DNA of 43,504 nucleotides from a virus (lineage: Duplodnaviria; Heunggongvirae; Uroviricota; Caudoviricetes), in IMG/VR virus record IMGVR_UViG_646862326_000012, positions 1-43,504 of that record. The stretch is one strand, 5' to 3'. Positions 27,603 through 37,481 of this stretch are shown here, piece after piece. The first letter of the stretch is position 1; each line of letters begins with the position of its first letter. The translations under genes and the position numbers were made by a program. The notes beneath the pieces are model-generated. The model saw only the letters and a list, made by a program, of their open reading frames with translations, ran no database searches and was not told the origin of the DNA.

Positions 27603-27932
27603 ATGCAGTTTGTCATGCGGCTTGCCCGGGAGTTCCGGCGGGCAGACTGGCGGCGGATGCTGTCGGAAATGTCGGCCACTGAGCTTGGTGAGTGGGGCGA
27701 TTATTTCCGGATGCAGAGCTTCAGTGATGTGTGGATGGATGCGCAGTTTGCCTCGCTGAAGGCATTGATCGTGAGAATGGTGTCCGGTAGCAGTGATGCT
27801 GCGGTGGCTGATTTCAGCCTTTTACCGGAAGAGAACGGGATACCGGAGCGAACGGACGAAGAACTGATGCATCTTGGGGAAGGTATTTCCGGAGGTGTGC
27901 GTTATGGACCAGATAGCCAACCTGGTCATTGA
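27603..27932 (+). CDS. T: gpT-like portion of the G-T tail assembly chaperone (expressed by frameshift)
   Basis: ORF in the -1 frame relative to G, immediately upstream of and overlapping the tape-measure gene, as in lambda. Coordinates are for the T-frame ORF only. Confidence 0.65.
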   Translation: MQFVMRLAREFRRADWRRMLSEMSATELGEWGDYFRMQSFSDVWMDAQFASLKALIVRMVSGSSDAAVADFSLLPEENGIPERTDEELMHLGEGISGGVRYGPDSQPGH

Positions 27933-30900
27933 TTTGGGGATTGATGCGGCAGAGTTTAAAAATGAAATTCCCCGTATCAAAAACCTTCTGAATGGTGCAG
28001 CCAGCGATGCAGAACGGTCTTCTGCCCGTATGCAGCGTTTTATGGAGCGTCAGACTCAGGCCGCCCGGCAGACAATGCAGGCGGCTTCTTCGGCTGCAAC
28101 AGCCGCATCCGTCCATGCGCAGACGGTGGAGAAGAGCGCACAGGCTCATGAACGCATGGCCCGCGAGGTGGAGCAAACCCGCCAGCGTATGGAGGCACTG
28201 AGCCAGAAAATGCGCGAGGAACAGGCGCAGGCCATGGCTCTGGCGGAGGCTCAGGATAAAGCGGCTGCTGCGTTTTATCGTCAGATTGACAGTGTAAAAC
28301 AGGCCAGTGCGGGGCTGCAGGAATTACAGCGTATTCAGCAGCAGATCCGACAGGCCAGAAACAGTGGCGGGATTGGTCAGCAGGATTATCTGGCGCTGAT
28401 TTCTGAGGTTACGGCGAAAACCCGTGTTCTTACACAGGCTGAGGAAGAGGCTACCCGACAGAAAGTGGCGTTTATCCGTCAGCTTAAAGAGCAGGCAACC
28501 CGCCAGAATCTTTCTTCTTCTGAGTTGCTTCGTGCTAAGGCTGCCCAGCTGGGGGTAAGCAGTGCTGCAGAAGTGTATATCCGCAAAATGGAGCAGGCAG
28601 GAAAAGCAACGCATTCGCTGGGTCTGAAAAGTGCAGCGGCCCGTCAGGAGATAGGCGTTCTGATAGGTGAACTGGCCCGCGGCAATTTAGGTGCGCTGAG
28701 GGGATCCGGAATAACGCTGGCTAACCGTGCCGGGTGGATAGACACATTGATGTCACCGAAAGGCATGATGCTTGGCGGGGTTATTGGCGGTATTGCCGCG
28801 GCTGTCTATGGTCTGGGTAAAGCCTGGTATGACGGTCAGAAGGAGGGGGAAGAATTTAACCGCCAGCTGTCGCTGACGGGGCATTATGCCGGAGTCACTG
28901 CCGGGCAGCTGTGGACGCTCAGTCGTGCTATTTCCGGGAATGGTATCACGCAACATGCTGCAGCCGGTGCGCTGGCTCAGGTGGTGGGGAGTGGTGCATT
29001 TCGTGGAAACGATATCGGTATGGTGGCGAGAGCTGCCGCACAGATGGAGCGATCGGTTGGCCAGTCGGTCAGCGATACCATAAATCAGTTTAAGCGGCTG
29101 AAGGATGATCCTGTAAATGCCGCGAAGGCTCTGGACAATGAGCTGCATTTTCTTACTGCCACTCAGCTTGAGCAGATACGCGTCCTTGGGGAACAGGGGC
29201 GGTCCAGTGATGCGGCACGGATAGCCATGTCTGCACTGGCAGAGGAAACCGGTCGGCGTACTGCGGATATTGATAATAACCTCAATGCGCTGGGCAGTAC
29301 GCTGAAGTATCTGTCTGATTTATGGAGTCGTTTCTGGGATGCGGCCATGAATATTGGTCGTGAAGACTCGCTGGATGAACAGATTTCCGCTTTACAGGAG
29401 AAAGTGTCGCGGGCGAAAAGACTCCCCTGGACGGCATCATCTTCTCAGGTTGAGTACGATCAGCAGCGTCTTAACGAGCTTCAGGAGAAAAAACGCCAGA
29501 AGGATTTGCAGGATGCAAAAGAGCAGGCAGAGCGGAATTATCAGGAGCAACAGAAACGCCGTAATGCTGAAAATGCTGCACTGAACCGGATGAATGAAAC
29601 GGAAGCAGCACGACATCAGCGTGAAATTGCGCGTATTAATGCCATGCAGTACGCCGATCAGGCTGTCAGGGATGCGGCGATACAACGTGAAAATGAACGT
29701 TACGAGAAAGCCCTGGCATCCGGTAAGAAAAAAACACGCGAAACCCGTAATGATGAGGCCACCCGGTTATTGCTGCAGTACAGTCAGCAACAGGCACAGG
29801 TGGAAGGACAGATTGCTGCTGCAAGACAGTCAGCAGGCATTGCCACTGACAGGATGACAGAAGCGCATAAACAGCTTCTGGCTCTGCAGCAGCGCATCAG
29901 CGATCTGGACGGGAAAAAACTGACGGCAGATGAAAAGAGTGTGCTGGCCCGTAAAGATGAACTGATTCAGGCACTGACGCTGCTGGATGTAAAACAGCAG
30001 GAGCTTCAGAAACAGACGGCACTCAACGATCTGAAGAAAAAAACAATTCAGCTGACCAGTCAACTGGCTGAAGAAGAGCGCGCTCAGCGCCAGCAACATG
30101 ACCTGGATATCGCCACGGTGGGTATGGGTGATCAGCAGCGGCAGCGATATCAGGTACAACTGAGTCTTCGCCAGAAATACCAGCAACAGCTGGAGCAGTT
30201 GAGGCGGGATAGTGAGCAGAAAGGGACATATAACACGGATGACTACAGAAAGGCTGAGCAGGCGCTGACGGAGAGCCTGAACCGACAACTGAATGAGAAT
30301 CGCCGTTACTGGCAACAGCTTGAAGTTGTGCAGGGTAACTGGAAAAACGGAGTCCTGCGTGCATTTCAGGATTTTACCGTGGATGCAGATAATACGGCAG
30401 GAACAGCAGAACAGGTGTTCTCGTCAGCCTTCAGCAACATGGGAAATGGCCTGGCAACTTTTGTCACTACCGGCAAACTCAACTTCAAATCCTTCACCTC
30501 TTCGGTGCTGTCAGATATGGCGAAAATCCTGGCGCAGGCAACCATGATGAAATCGATAAAAGGGATTGGCAGTGTACTGGGATTTGATCTCAGCAGCCTT
30601 TCCCTGAATGCCAATGGGGGGATTTATCAGTCTGCTGATTTGAGTCGCTACAGTGGCACGGTGGTTAACCGTCCGACGTTTTTTGCTTTTGCAAAAGGCG
30701 CGGGTGTGATGGGGGAAGCTGGACCTGAAGCCATTCTGCCACTGCGTCGTGGTGCTGACGGTAAGCTGGGGGTTGTGGCGGATATTGGTGGTTCAGGTAT
30801 GGCGATGTTTGCCCCGCAGTACAACATCGAGATCAATAACGATGGCACGAACGGGCAGATAGGTCCGGCTGCCCTGAAGGTGGTTTATGACCTTGGGAAA

Positions 30901-30969
30901 AAAGCGGCAGCGGACTTTATGCAACAGCAGGCCCGTGATGGTGGTCGGTTAAGTGGAGCATATCGGTAA
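27904..30969 (+). CDS. H: Tail tape measure protein (gpH-like)
   Basis: About 1020 aa; long Ala/Gln/Arg-rich coiled-coil region; GGAGGTG ribosome-binding site before MDQIANL. Confidence 0.9.
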   Translation: MDQIANLVIDLGIDAAEFKNEIPRIKNLLNGAASDAERSSARMQRFMERQTQAARQTMQAASSAATAASVHAQTVEKSAQAHERMAREVEQTRQRMEALSQKMREEQAQAMALAEAQDKAAAAFYRQIDSVKQASAGLQELQRIQQQIRQARNSGGIGQQDYLALISEVTAKTRVLTQAEEEATRQKVAFIRQLKEQATRQNLSSSELLRAKAAQLGVSSAAEVYIRKMEQAGKATHSLGLKSAAARQEIGVLIGELARGNLGALRGSGITLANRAGWIDTLMSPKGMMLGGVIGGIAAAVYGLGKAWYDGQKEGEEFNRQLSLTGHYAGVTAGQLWTLSRAISGNGITQHAAAGALAQVVGSGAFRGNDIGMVARAAAQMERSVGQSVSDTINQFKRLKDDPVNAAKALDNELHFLTATQLEQIRVLGEQGRSSDAARIAMSALAEETGRRTADIDNNLNALGSTLKYLSDLWSRFWDAAMNIGREDSLDEQISALQEKVSRAKRLPWTASSSQVEYDQQRLNELQEKKRQKDLQDAKEQAERNYQEQQKRRNAENAALNRMNETEAARHQREIARINAMQYADQAVRDAAIQRENERYEKALASGKKKTRETRNDEATRLLLQYSQQQAQVEGQIAAARQSAGIATDRMTEAHKQLLALQQRISDLDGKKLTADEKSVLARKDELIQALTLLDVKQQELQKQTALNDLKKKTIQLTSQLAEEERAQRQQHDLDIATVGMGDQQRQRYQVQLSLRQKYQQQLEQLRRDSEQKGTYNTDDYRKAEQALTESLNRQLNENRRYWQQLEVVQGNWKNGVLRAFQDFTVDADNTAGTAEQVFSSAFSNMGNGLATFVTTGKLNFKSFTSSVLSDMAKILAQATMMKSIKGIGSVLGFDLSSLSLNANGGIYQSADLSRYSGTVVNRPTFFAFAKGAGVMGEAGPEAILPLRRGADGKLGVVADIGGSGMAMFAPQYNIEINNDGTNGQIGPAALKVVYDLGKKAAADFMQQQARDGGRLSGAYR

Positions 30970-31298
30970 TGGAGACGTTTCACTGGAAAGTGCGCCCGGA
31001 TATGAATGTGGTATCAGAGCCGAAAGTGGTGACAGTGAAGCTGGGCGATGGTTATGAACAGCGTCGTGCGGCGGGACTGAATAACCAGTTGTCGACTTAC
31101 AGCGTGACGATACGTGTTCGTAAATGTGAACACCCATCTTTAAAAGCCTTTCTGGAACGGCACGGTGGCGTTCGCGCATTTCAGTGGACGCCACCTTATG
31201 ACTGGAAGCCGATCAGGGTGGTTTGTCGTAAATGGTCGGCAAGCGTGGGGGCGCTGTGGGTAACCATAACGGCAGATTTTGAACAGGTCGTGGCATAG
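30969..31298 (+). CDS. M: Minor tail protein gpM
   Basis: 109 aa; similar to lambda M (...FHWKV.P.M.V.S.P...V..GDGY.QR...GLN..L.TYSVT...). Confidence 0.9.
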   Translation: METFHWKVRPDMNVVSEPKVVTVKLGDGYEQRRAAGLNNQLSTYSVTIRVRKCEHPSLKAFLERHGGVRAFQWTPPYDWKPIRVVCRKWSASVGALWVTITADFEQVVA

Positions 31299-31307
31299 GA
31301 GGCCCTG

Positions 31308-32006
31308 ATGCAGGATATTCCACAGGAAACACATCATGAGACGACACGCCTCACTCAGTCAGCTCAGGTGGTGCTCTGGGAAATCGATCTGACAGAGGTC
31401 GGTGGTGAACGTTATTTTTTCTGTAATGAGCAGAACGAAAAAGGTGAGCCGGTCACCTGGCAGGGGCGGCAGTATCAGGCATACCCCATTCAGGGGACAG
31501 GATTTGAACTGAACGGCAAGGGCAGTGCTGCCCGTCCGACACTGACGGTTTCTAACCTGCACGGTATGGTCACCGGTATGGCGGAAGATCTGCAGAGTCT
31601 GGTCGGCGGAACGGTGGTCCGGCGTAAGGTTTACGCCCGTTTTCTGGATGCGGTGAACTTCGTCAACGGAAACAGTGATGCCGACCCGGAGCAGGAGGTG
31701 ATCAGCAGCTGGCGCATCGAGCAGTGCAGTGAACTGAGTGCGGTCAGTGCTTCTTTTGTACTGTCCACGCCGACGGAAACGGATGGCGCTGTTTTTCCGG
31801 GGCGTATCATGCTGGCCAACACCTGCACCTGGACCTATCGCGGTGATGAGTGCGGTTATAACGGTCCGGCTGTCGCGGATGAATATGACCAGCCGACGTC
31901 CGATATCACGAAGGATAAATGCAGCAAATGCCTGAGCGGCTGTAAGTTTCGCAATAACGTCGGCAACTTTGGCGGTTACCTTTCCATTAACAAACTTTCG
32001 CAGTAA
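31308..32006 (+). CDS. L: Minor tail protein gpL (Fe-S cluster Cys motif)
   Basis: 232 aa; near-colinear with lambda L including the C-terminal DKCSKCLSGCKF cysteine cluster. Confidence 0.9.
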   Translation: MQDIPQETHHETTRLTQSAQVVLWEIDLTEVGGERYFFCNEQNEKGEPVTWQGRQYQAYPIQGTGFELNGKGSAARPTLTVSNLHGMVTGMAEDLQSLVGGTVVRRKVYARFLDAVNFVNGNSDADPEQEVISSWRIEQCSELSAVSASFVLSTPTETDGAVFPGRIMLANTCTWTYRGDECGYNGPAVADEYDQPTSDITKDKCSKCLSGCKFRNNVGNFGGYLSINKLSQ

Positions 32007-32011
32007 ATCCC

Positions 32012-32755
32012 ATGACAGAGACAGAATCAGCGATTCTGGCGCACGCCCGGCGATGTGCGCCAGTGGAGTCGTGCGGCTTCGTGGTGAGAACGCCGGAGGG
32101 AGAAAGATATTTTCCCTGCGTGAATATCTCCGGTGAGCCGGAGGCGTATTTCCGGATGGCTCCGGAGGACTGGCTGCGGGCAGAAATGCAGGGTGAGATT
32201 GTGGCGCTGGTCCACAGTCACCCCGGTGGTCTGCCCTGGCTGAGTGAGGCCGATCGGCGGCTGCAGGTGCAGAGTGATTTGCCGTGGTGGCTGGTCTGCC
32301 GCGGGGCGATTCACAAGTTCCGCTGTGTGCCACATCTTACCGGGCGGCGCTTTGAGCACGGGGTGACGGACTGTTACACGCTGTTCCGGGATGCATACCA
32401 TCTGGCGGGAATTGAGATGCCGGATTTTCATCGCGGAGATGACTGGTGGCGTAACGGCCAGAATCTCTATCTTGACAATATGGAGGCGACTGGTTTTTAC
32501 CGTGTCGCACTGACAGAGGCGCAGCCGGGCGATGTGCTGCTGTGCTGTTTTGGTTCATCGGTGCCGAATCATGCCGCCATTTACTGTGGTGATGGCGAGC
32601 TGCTGCACCATATTCCTGAACAACTGAGCAAACGAGAGAGGTATACCGACAAATGGCAGCGACGCACACACTCCCTCTGGCGTCACCGGGCATGGCACGC
32701 ATCTGCCTTTACGGGGATTTACAACGATTTGGCCGCCGCATCGACCTTCGTGTGA
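32012..32755 (+). CDS. K: Tail assembly protein gpK (JAMM/MPN + NlpC/P60-like)
   Basis: HSHPGG JAMM motif and downstream Cys/His residues; similar to lambda K. An alternative start at the internal Met (about 32156) is possible. Confidence 0.85.
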   Translation: MTETESAILAHARRCAPVESCGFVVRTPEGERYFPCVNISGEPEAYFRMAPEDWLRAEMQGEIVALVHSHPGGLPWLSEADRRLQVQSDLPWWLVCRGAIHKFRCVPHLTGRRFEHGVTDCYTLFRDAYHLAGIEMPDFHRGDDWWRNGQNLYLDNMEATGFYRVALTEAQPGDVLLCCFGSSVPNHAAIYCGDGELLHHIPEQLSKRERYTDKWQRRTHSLWRHRAWHASAFTGIYNDLAAASTFV

Positions 32756-33300
32756 AAACGGGGGCTGAAGCCATCCGGGCGCTGGCCACGCAGCTTCCGT
32801 CGTTTCGCCAGAAACTGAATGAGGGCTGGTATCAGGTGCGCATTGCCGGGCGTGATGCAGGCGAAAATGAATTATCTGCCCGTCTTAATGAGCCGCTGGA
32901 AAATGGTGCCGTGATTCACATCGTGCCGCGTCTGGCGGGAGCTAAAAGTGGCGGTGTGTTTCAGGTGGTGCTGGGGGCGGCGCTGATTGCGGTGGCATGG
33001 TGGAACCCTGTGGGCTGGCTGGGTGCTGCGGCTGTATCGGGCATGTATGCGGCAGGGGCCAGTATGATTCTGGGTGGTGTGGCCCAGATGCTGGCACCGA
33101 AAGCCAGGACGCCCACGGCAGCCAGTACAGATAACGGCAAACAGAACACCTATTTCTCCTCACTGGATAACATGGTTGCTCAGGGCAATGTTCTGCCTGT
33201 TCTGTACGGTGAAATGCGTGTGGGGTCGCGGGTGGTTTCTCAGGAGATCAGCACGGCAGACGAAGGTGACGGTGGTCAGGTTGTGGTGATTGGTCGCTGA
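32653..33300 (+). CDS. I: Tail assembly protein gpI
   Basis: 215-aa ORF, Gly/Ala-rich hydrophobic central segment, similar to lambda I. Start uncertain because it overlaps the K 3' end (alternative Met at 32692). Confidence 0.8.
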   Translation: MAATHTLPLASPGMARICLYGDLQRFGRRIDLRVKTGAEAIRALATQLPSFRQKLNEGWYQVRIAGRDAGENELSARLNEPLENGAVIHIVPRLAGAKSGGVFQVVLGAALIAVAWWNPVGWLGAAAVSGMYAAGASMILGGVAQMLAPKARTPTAASTDNGKQNTYFSSLDNMVAQGNVLPVLYGEMRVGSRVVSQEISTADEGDGGQVVVIGR

Positions 33301-33315
33301 TGCAAAATGTTTTAT

Positions 33316-33345
33316 GTGAAACCGCCTGCGGGCGGTTTTGTCGTT
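33316..33345 (+). terminator. Hairpin after gpI
   Basis: AAACCGCCTGCGGGCGGTTTT hairpin followed by a T-run, just upstream of J. Confidence 0.4.
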
Positions 33346-33360
33346 TATGGAGCATGACGA

Positions 33361-36300
33361 ATGGGTAAAGGCAGCAGTAAGGGGCATACCCCGCGCGAAG
33401 CGAAGGACAACCTGAAGTCCACGCAGTTGCTGAGTGTGATCGATGCCATCAGCGAAGGGCCGGTTGAAGGTCCGGTGGATGGGTTAAAAAGCGTGCTGCT
33501 GAACAGTACGCCGGTGCTGGACAGTGAGGGGAATACCAATATCTCCGGTGTCACGGTGGTGTTCCGGGCAGGTGAGCAGGAGCAGACACCGCCGGAGGGG
33601 TTTGAATCCTCCGGTTCCGAGACGGTGCTGGGTACGGAAGTGAAATATGACACGCCGATCACCCGCACCATTACGTCGGCAAACATCGACCGACTGCGCT
33701 TTACCTTCGGTGTGCAGGCACTGGTGGAAACCACTTCAAAGGGTGACCGGAATCCGTCGGAAGTCCGCCTGCTGGTTCAGATACAGCGTAACGGTGGCTG
33801 GGTGACGGAAAAAGACATCACCATTAAGGGCAAAACCACCTCGCAGTATCTGGCCTCGGTGGTGGTGGATAACCTGCCGCCGCGCCCGTTTAATATCCGG
33901 ATGCGCAGGATGACGCCGGACAGCACCACAGACCAGCTGCAGAACAAAACGCTCTGGTCGTCATACACCGAAATCATCGATGTGAAACAGTGCTACCCGA
34001 ACACGGCACTGGTCGGCGTGCAGGTGGATTCGGAGCAGTTCGGCAGCCAGCAGGTGAGCCGTAATTATCATCTTCGCGGGCGCATTCTGCAGGTGCCGTC
34101 GAATTATAACCCGCAGACGCGGCAATACAGCGGTATCTGGGACGGAACGTTAAAACCGGCATACAGCAACAACATGGCCTGGTGTCTGTGGGATATGCTG
34201 ACCCACCCGCGCTACGGCATGGGGAAACGTCTTGGTGCGGCAGATGTGGATAAATGGGCGCTGTATGTCATCGGCCAGAATTGCGACCAGTCAGTGCCGG
34301 ACGGCTTTGGCGGCACGGAGCCGCGCATCACCTGTAATGCCTGGCTGACCACACAGCGCAAGGCGTGGGATGTGCTCAGTGATTTCTGCTCGGCGATGCG
34401 CTGTATGCCGGTATGGAACGGGCAGACGCTGACGTTCGTGCAGGACCGACCGTCGGATAAGGTGTGGACCTATAACCGCAGTAATGTGGTGATGCCGGAT
34501 GATGGCGCGCCGTTCCGCTACAGCTTCAGCGCCCTGAAGGACCGCCATAATGCCGTTGAGGTGAACTGGATTGACCCGGACAACGGCTGGGAGACGGCGA
34601 CAGAGCTTGTGGAGGACACGCAGGCCATTGCCCGTTACGGTCGTAACGTCACGAAGATGGATGCCTTTGGCTGTACCAGTCGGGGGCAGGCACACCGCGC
34701 CGGGCTGTGGCTGATTAAAACAGAACTGCTGGAAACGCAGACCGTGGACTTCAGCGTGGGTGCAGAAGGGCTTCGCCATGTACCGGGCGATGTCATTGAA
34801 ATCTGCGATGATGACTATGCGGGTATCAGCACCGGCGGGCGCGTGCTGGCGGTGAACAGCCAGACGCGGACACTGACGCTCGACCGTGAAATCACGCTGC
34901 CATCCTCCGGCACCACGCTGATAAGCCTGGTTGACGGACAGGGGAATCCGGTCAGCGTGGAGGTCCAGTCCGTCACCGACGGCGTGAAGGTAAAAGTGAG
35001 CCGGGTTCCTGATGGCGTTGCCGAGTACAGCGTGTGGGGGCTGAAGCTGCCGACGCTGCGCCAGCGCCTGTTCCGCTGCGTGAGTATCCGTGAGAATGAC
35101 GACGGCACGTATGCCATCACCGCTGTGCAGCATGTGCCGGAGAAAGAGGCCATCGTGGATAACGGGGCGCACTTTGACGGCGACCAGAGCGGCACGGTGA
35201 ATGGTGTCACGCCGCCAGCAGTGCAGCACCTGACCGCAGAAGTCACCGCAGACAGCGGGGAATACCAGGTGCTGGCGCGCTGGGATACGCCGAAGGTGGT
35301 GAAGGGTGTGAGCTTTATGCTTCGCCTGACCGTGGCAGCGGATGACGGCAGTGAGCGGCTGGTCAGCACGGCCCGGACGACGGAAACCACATACCGATTC
35401 ACGCAACTGGCGCTGGGAAACTACAGGCTGACAGTCCGGGCGGTAAATGCGTGGGGACAGCAGGGCGATCCGGCGTCGGTATCGTTCCGGATTGCCGCAC
35501 CGTCAGCGCCGTCGCGGATTGAGCTGACGCCGGGCTATTTTCAGATCACCGCCACGCCGCATCTTGCCGTTTATGATCCGACGGTACAGTTTGAGTTCTG
35601 GTTCTCGGAAAAGCGGATTGCGGATATCAGGCAGGTTGAAACCACAGCCCGCTATCTTGGCACGGCGCTGTACTGGATAGCTGCCAGTATCAATATCAGG
35701 CCGGGCCATGATTATTATTTTTACGTTCGCAGTGTGAACACCGTTGGCAAATCGGCATTCGTGGAGGCTGTCGGTCGGGCGAGCGATGATGCGGAAGGTT
35801 ACCTGGATTTTTTCAAAGGCCAGATAACTGAATCCCATCTCGGCAAGGAGCTGCTGGAAAAAGTCGAGCTGACGGAGGATAACGCCAGCAAACTGGAGGA
35901 GTTTTCGAAAGAGTGGAAAGACGCCAACGATAAATGGAATGCCATGTGGGGCGTCAAAATTGAGCAGACCGAAGACGGCAGGCATTATGTCGCGGGGCTT
36001 GGCCTCAGCATGGAGGATACGGAGGAAGGCAAACTGAGCCAGTTCCTGGTTGCCGCTAACCGTATCGCGTTTATTGATCCGTCTAATGGCAACACAAGAC
36101 CAATGTTTGTTGGTCAGGGCGATCAGATATTCATGAACGACGTGTTCCTGAAACGCCTGACGGCTCCGACCATTACCAGCGGCGGTAATCCTCCGGCATT
36201 TTCCCTGACACCGGACGGGCGGCTGACGGCGAAAAATGCCGATATCAGCGGTAGCGTGAATGCGAACTCCGGGACGCTCAACAACGTCACGATTAACGAG

Positions 36301-36756
36301 AACTGTCGGGTTCTGGGAAAACTGTCCGCGAACCAGATTGAAGGCGATCTCGTTAAAACAGTGGGCAAAGCTTTCCCCCGGGACTCCCGTGCACCGGAGC
36401 GGTGGCCATCAGGGACCATTACCGTCAGGGTTTATGACGATCAGTCGTTTGACCGGCAAATTGTTATTCCAGCGGTGGCTTTCTGCGGTGCCAGACATGA
36501 GCGGGAGAATAGCGATACTTATTCGTCATGCCGCCTGATAGTGAAGAAAAACGGGGCTGAAATTTATAACCGAACGGCTCTGGATAATACTCTGATTTAC
36601 ACGGGTGTTATTGATATGCCTGCAGGCAGTGGCGTAATGACACTGGAGTTTTCTGTATCAGCATGGTGGGTAAATGGTTGGTATCCCACAGCAAGTATCA
36701 GCGATTTGCTGGTTGTTGTGATGAAGAAAGCCACTGCAGGCATCACGATTAGCTGA
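33361..36756 (+). CDS. J: Host specificity / central tail fibre protein gpJ
   Basis: 1131 aa; strong colinear similarity to lambda J over most of its length; the C-terminal approx. 150 aa appear divergent. Confidence 0.9.
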   Translation: MGKGSSKGHTPREAKDNLKSTQLLSVIDAISEGPVEGPVDGLKSVLLNSTPVLDSEGNTNISGVTVVFRAGEQEQTPPEGFESSGSETVLGTEVKYDTPITRTITSANIDRLRFTFGVQALVETTSKGDRNPSEVRLLVQIQRNGGWVTEKDITIKGKTTSQYLASVVVDNLPPRPFNIRMRRMTPDSTTDQLQNKTLWSSYTEIIDVKQCYPNTALVGVQVDSEQFGSQQVSRNYHLRGRILQVPSNYNPQTRQYSGIWDGTLKPAYSNNMAWCLWDMLTHPRYGMGKRLGAADVDKWALYVIGQNCDQSVPDGFGGTEPRITCNAWLTTQRKAWDVLSDFCSAMRCMPVWNGQTLTFVQDRPSDKVWTYNRSNVVMPDDGAPFRYSFSALKDRHNAVEVNWIDPDNGWETATELVEDTQAIARYGRNVTKMDAFGCTSRGQAHRAGLWLIKTELLETQTVDFSVGAEGLRHVPGDVIEICDDDYAGISTGGRVLAVNSQTRTLTLDREITLPSSGTTLISLVDGQGNPVSVEVQSVTDGVKVKVSRVPDGVAEYSVWGLKLPTLRQRLFRCVSIRENDDGTYAITAVQHVPEKEAIVDNGAHFDGDQSGTVNGVTPPAVQHLTAEVTADSGEYQVLARWDTPKVVKGVSFMLRLTVAADDGSERLVSTARTTETTYRFTQLALGNYRLTVRAVNAWGQQGDPASVSFRIAAPSAPSRIELTPGYFQITATPHLAVYDPTVQFEFWFSEKRIADIRQVETTARYLGTALYWIAASINIRPGHDYYFYVRSVNTVGKSAFVEAVGRASDDAEGYLDFFKGQITESHLGKELLEKVELTEDNASKLEEFSKEWKDANDKWNAMWGVKIEQTEDGRHYVAGLGLSMEDTEEGKLSQFLVAANRIAFIDPSNGNTRPMFVGQGDQIFMNDVFLKRLTAPTITSGGNPPAFSLTPDGRLTAKNADISGSVNANSGTLNNVTINENCRVLGKLSANQIEGDLVKTVGKAFPRDSRAPERWPSGTITVRVYDDQSFDRQIVIPAVAFCGARHERENSDTYSSCRLIVKKNGAEIYNRTALDNTLIYTGVIDMPAGSGVMTLEFSVSAWWVNGWYPTASISDLLVVVMKKATAGITIS

Positions 36757-36774
36757 ATTTTATAACCCAGATAC

Positions 36775-36800
36775 GGGCGCCAGAAATGGCGCCTTTTTTA
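36775..36800 (+). terminator. Rho-independent terminator after J
   Basis: GGGCGCCAGAAATGGCGCC followed by TTTTTT. Confidence 0.6.
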
Positions 36801-36823
36801 TTGCAGAAAAGCGAGAGGTAATT

Positions 36824-37423
36824 ATGCGTAAATTATGTGCTGTTATTCTGTCCGCAGTAGTCTGGCTGGTTGCCGCTGGTACGCCAGCGAGCGCAGCAGA
36901 GCATCAGTCCACACTAAGCGCCGGGTATCTTCAGACCCATACTGATATGCCAGGCAGCGATGACCTGAAGGGCATTAACGTGAAATACCGTTATGAATTT
37001 ACGGACACGCTGGGGCTGGTGACGTCATTCAGCTATGCAGGAGACAAGAATCGCCAGCTTACCCGTTACAGCGATACCCGCTGGCATGAAGATTCCGTTC
37101 GTAACCGCTGGTTCAGCGTGATGGCGGGGCCGTCTGTGCGCGTGAATGAATGGTTCAGCGCGTATGCGATCGCGGGTGTGGCTTACAGCCGTGTGTCGAC
37201 TTTTTCCGGGGATTATCTTCAGGTGACCGACAACAAGGGGGATACGCACGATGTGCTGACCGGAAGTGATGACGGTCGCCACAGCAACACGTCTCTGGCG
37301 TGGGGGGCTGGCGTGCAGTTTAACCCGACCGAATTCGTGGCCATTGATATTGCTTATGAAGGTTCCGGCAGTGGCGACTGGCGCACTGACGGTTTCATCG
37401 TGGGTGTCGGTTATAAATTCTGA
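36824..37423 (+). CDS. lom: Lom-like outer membrane beta-barrel protein (Ail/Lom/OmpX family)
   Basis: 199 aa; signal peptide (AAGTPASA); alternating amphipathic beta-strand pattern ending in ...VGVGYKF, typical of the Ail/Lom family; same position as lambda lom. Confidence 0.85.
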   Translation: MRKLCAVILSAVVWLVAAGTPASAAEHQSTLSAGYLQTHTDMPGSDDLKGINVKYRYEFTDTLGLVTSFSYAGDKNRQLTRYSDTRWHEDSVRNRWFSVMAGPSVRVNEWFSAYAIAGVAYSRVSTFSGDYLQVTDNKGDTHDVLTGSDDGRHSNTSLAWGAGVQFNPTEFVAIDIAYEGSGSGDWRTDGFIVGVGYKF

Positions 37424-37450
37424 TTAGCCAGGTAACACAGTGTTATGACA

Positions 37451-37477
37451 GCCCGCCGGTTCAGGCGGGCTTTTTTG
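37451..37477 (+). terminator. Rho-independent terminator after lom
   Basis: GCCCGCCGGTTCAGGCGGGC followed by TTTTTT. Confidence 0.6.
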
Positions 37478-37481
37478 TGGA

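Noticed and set aside
29830-30364. 161-aa and 113-aa minus-strand ORFs inside the tape-measure gene
   Set aside because: Antisense to the tape-measure coding sequence; Leu/Gln-rich mirror of the coiled-coil codons.
31359-32333. 324-aa minus-strand ORF antisense to gpL/gpK
   Set aside because: Overlaps two well-supported lambda-like tail genes. Low-complexity Pro/Arg/Ala product; no ribosome-binding site.
34291-35406. 371-aa and 195-aa minus-strand ORFs antisense to gpJ
   Set aside because: Fully contained in the strongly supported J gene (lambda J colinearity). Arg/His-rich products typical of antisense translation of GC-rich coding DNA.
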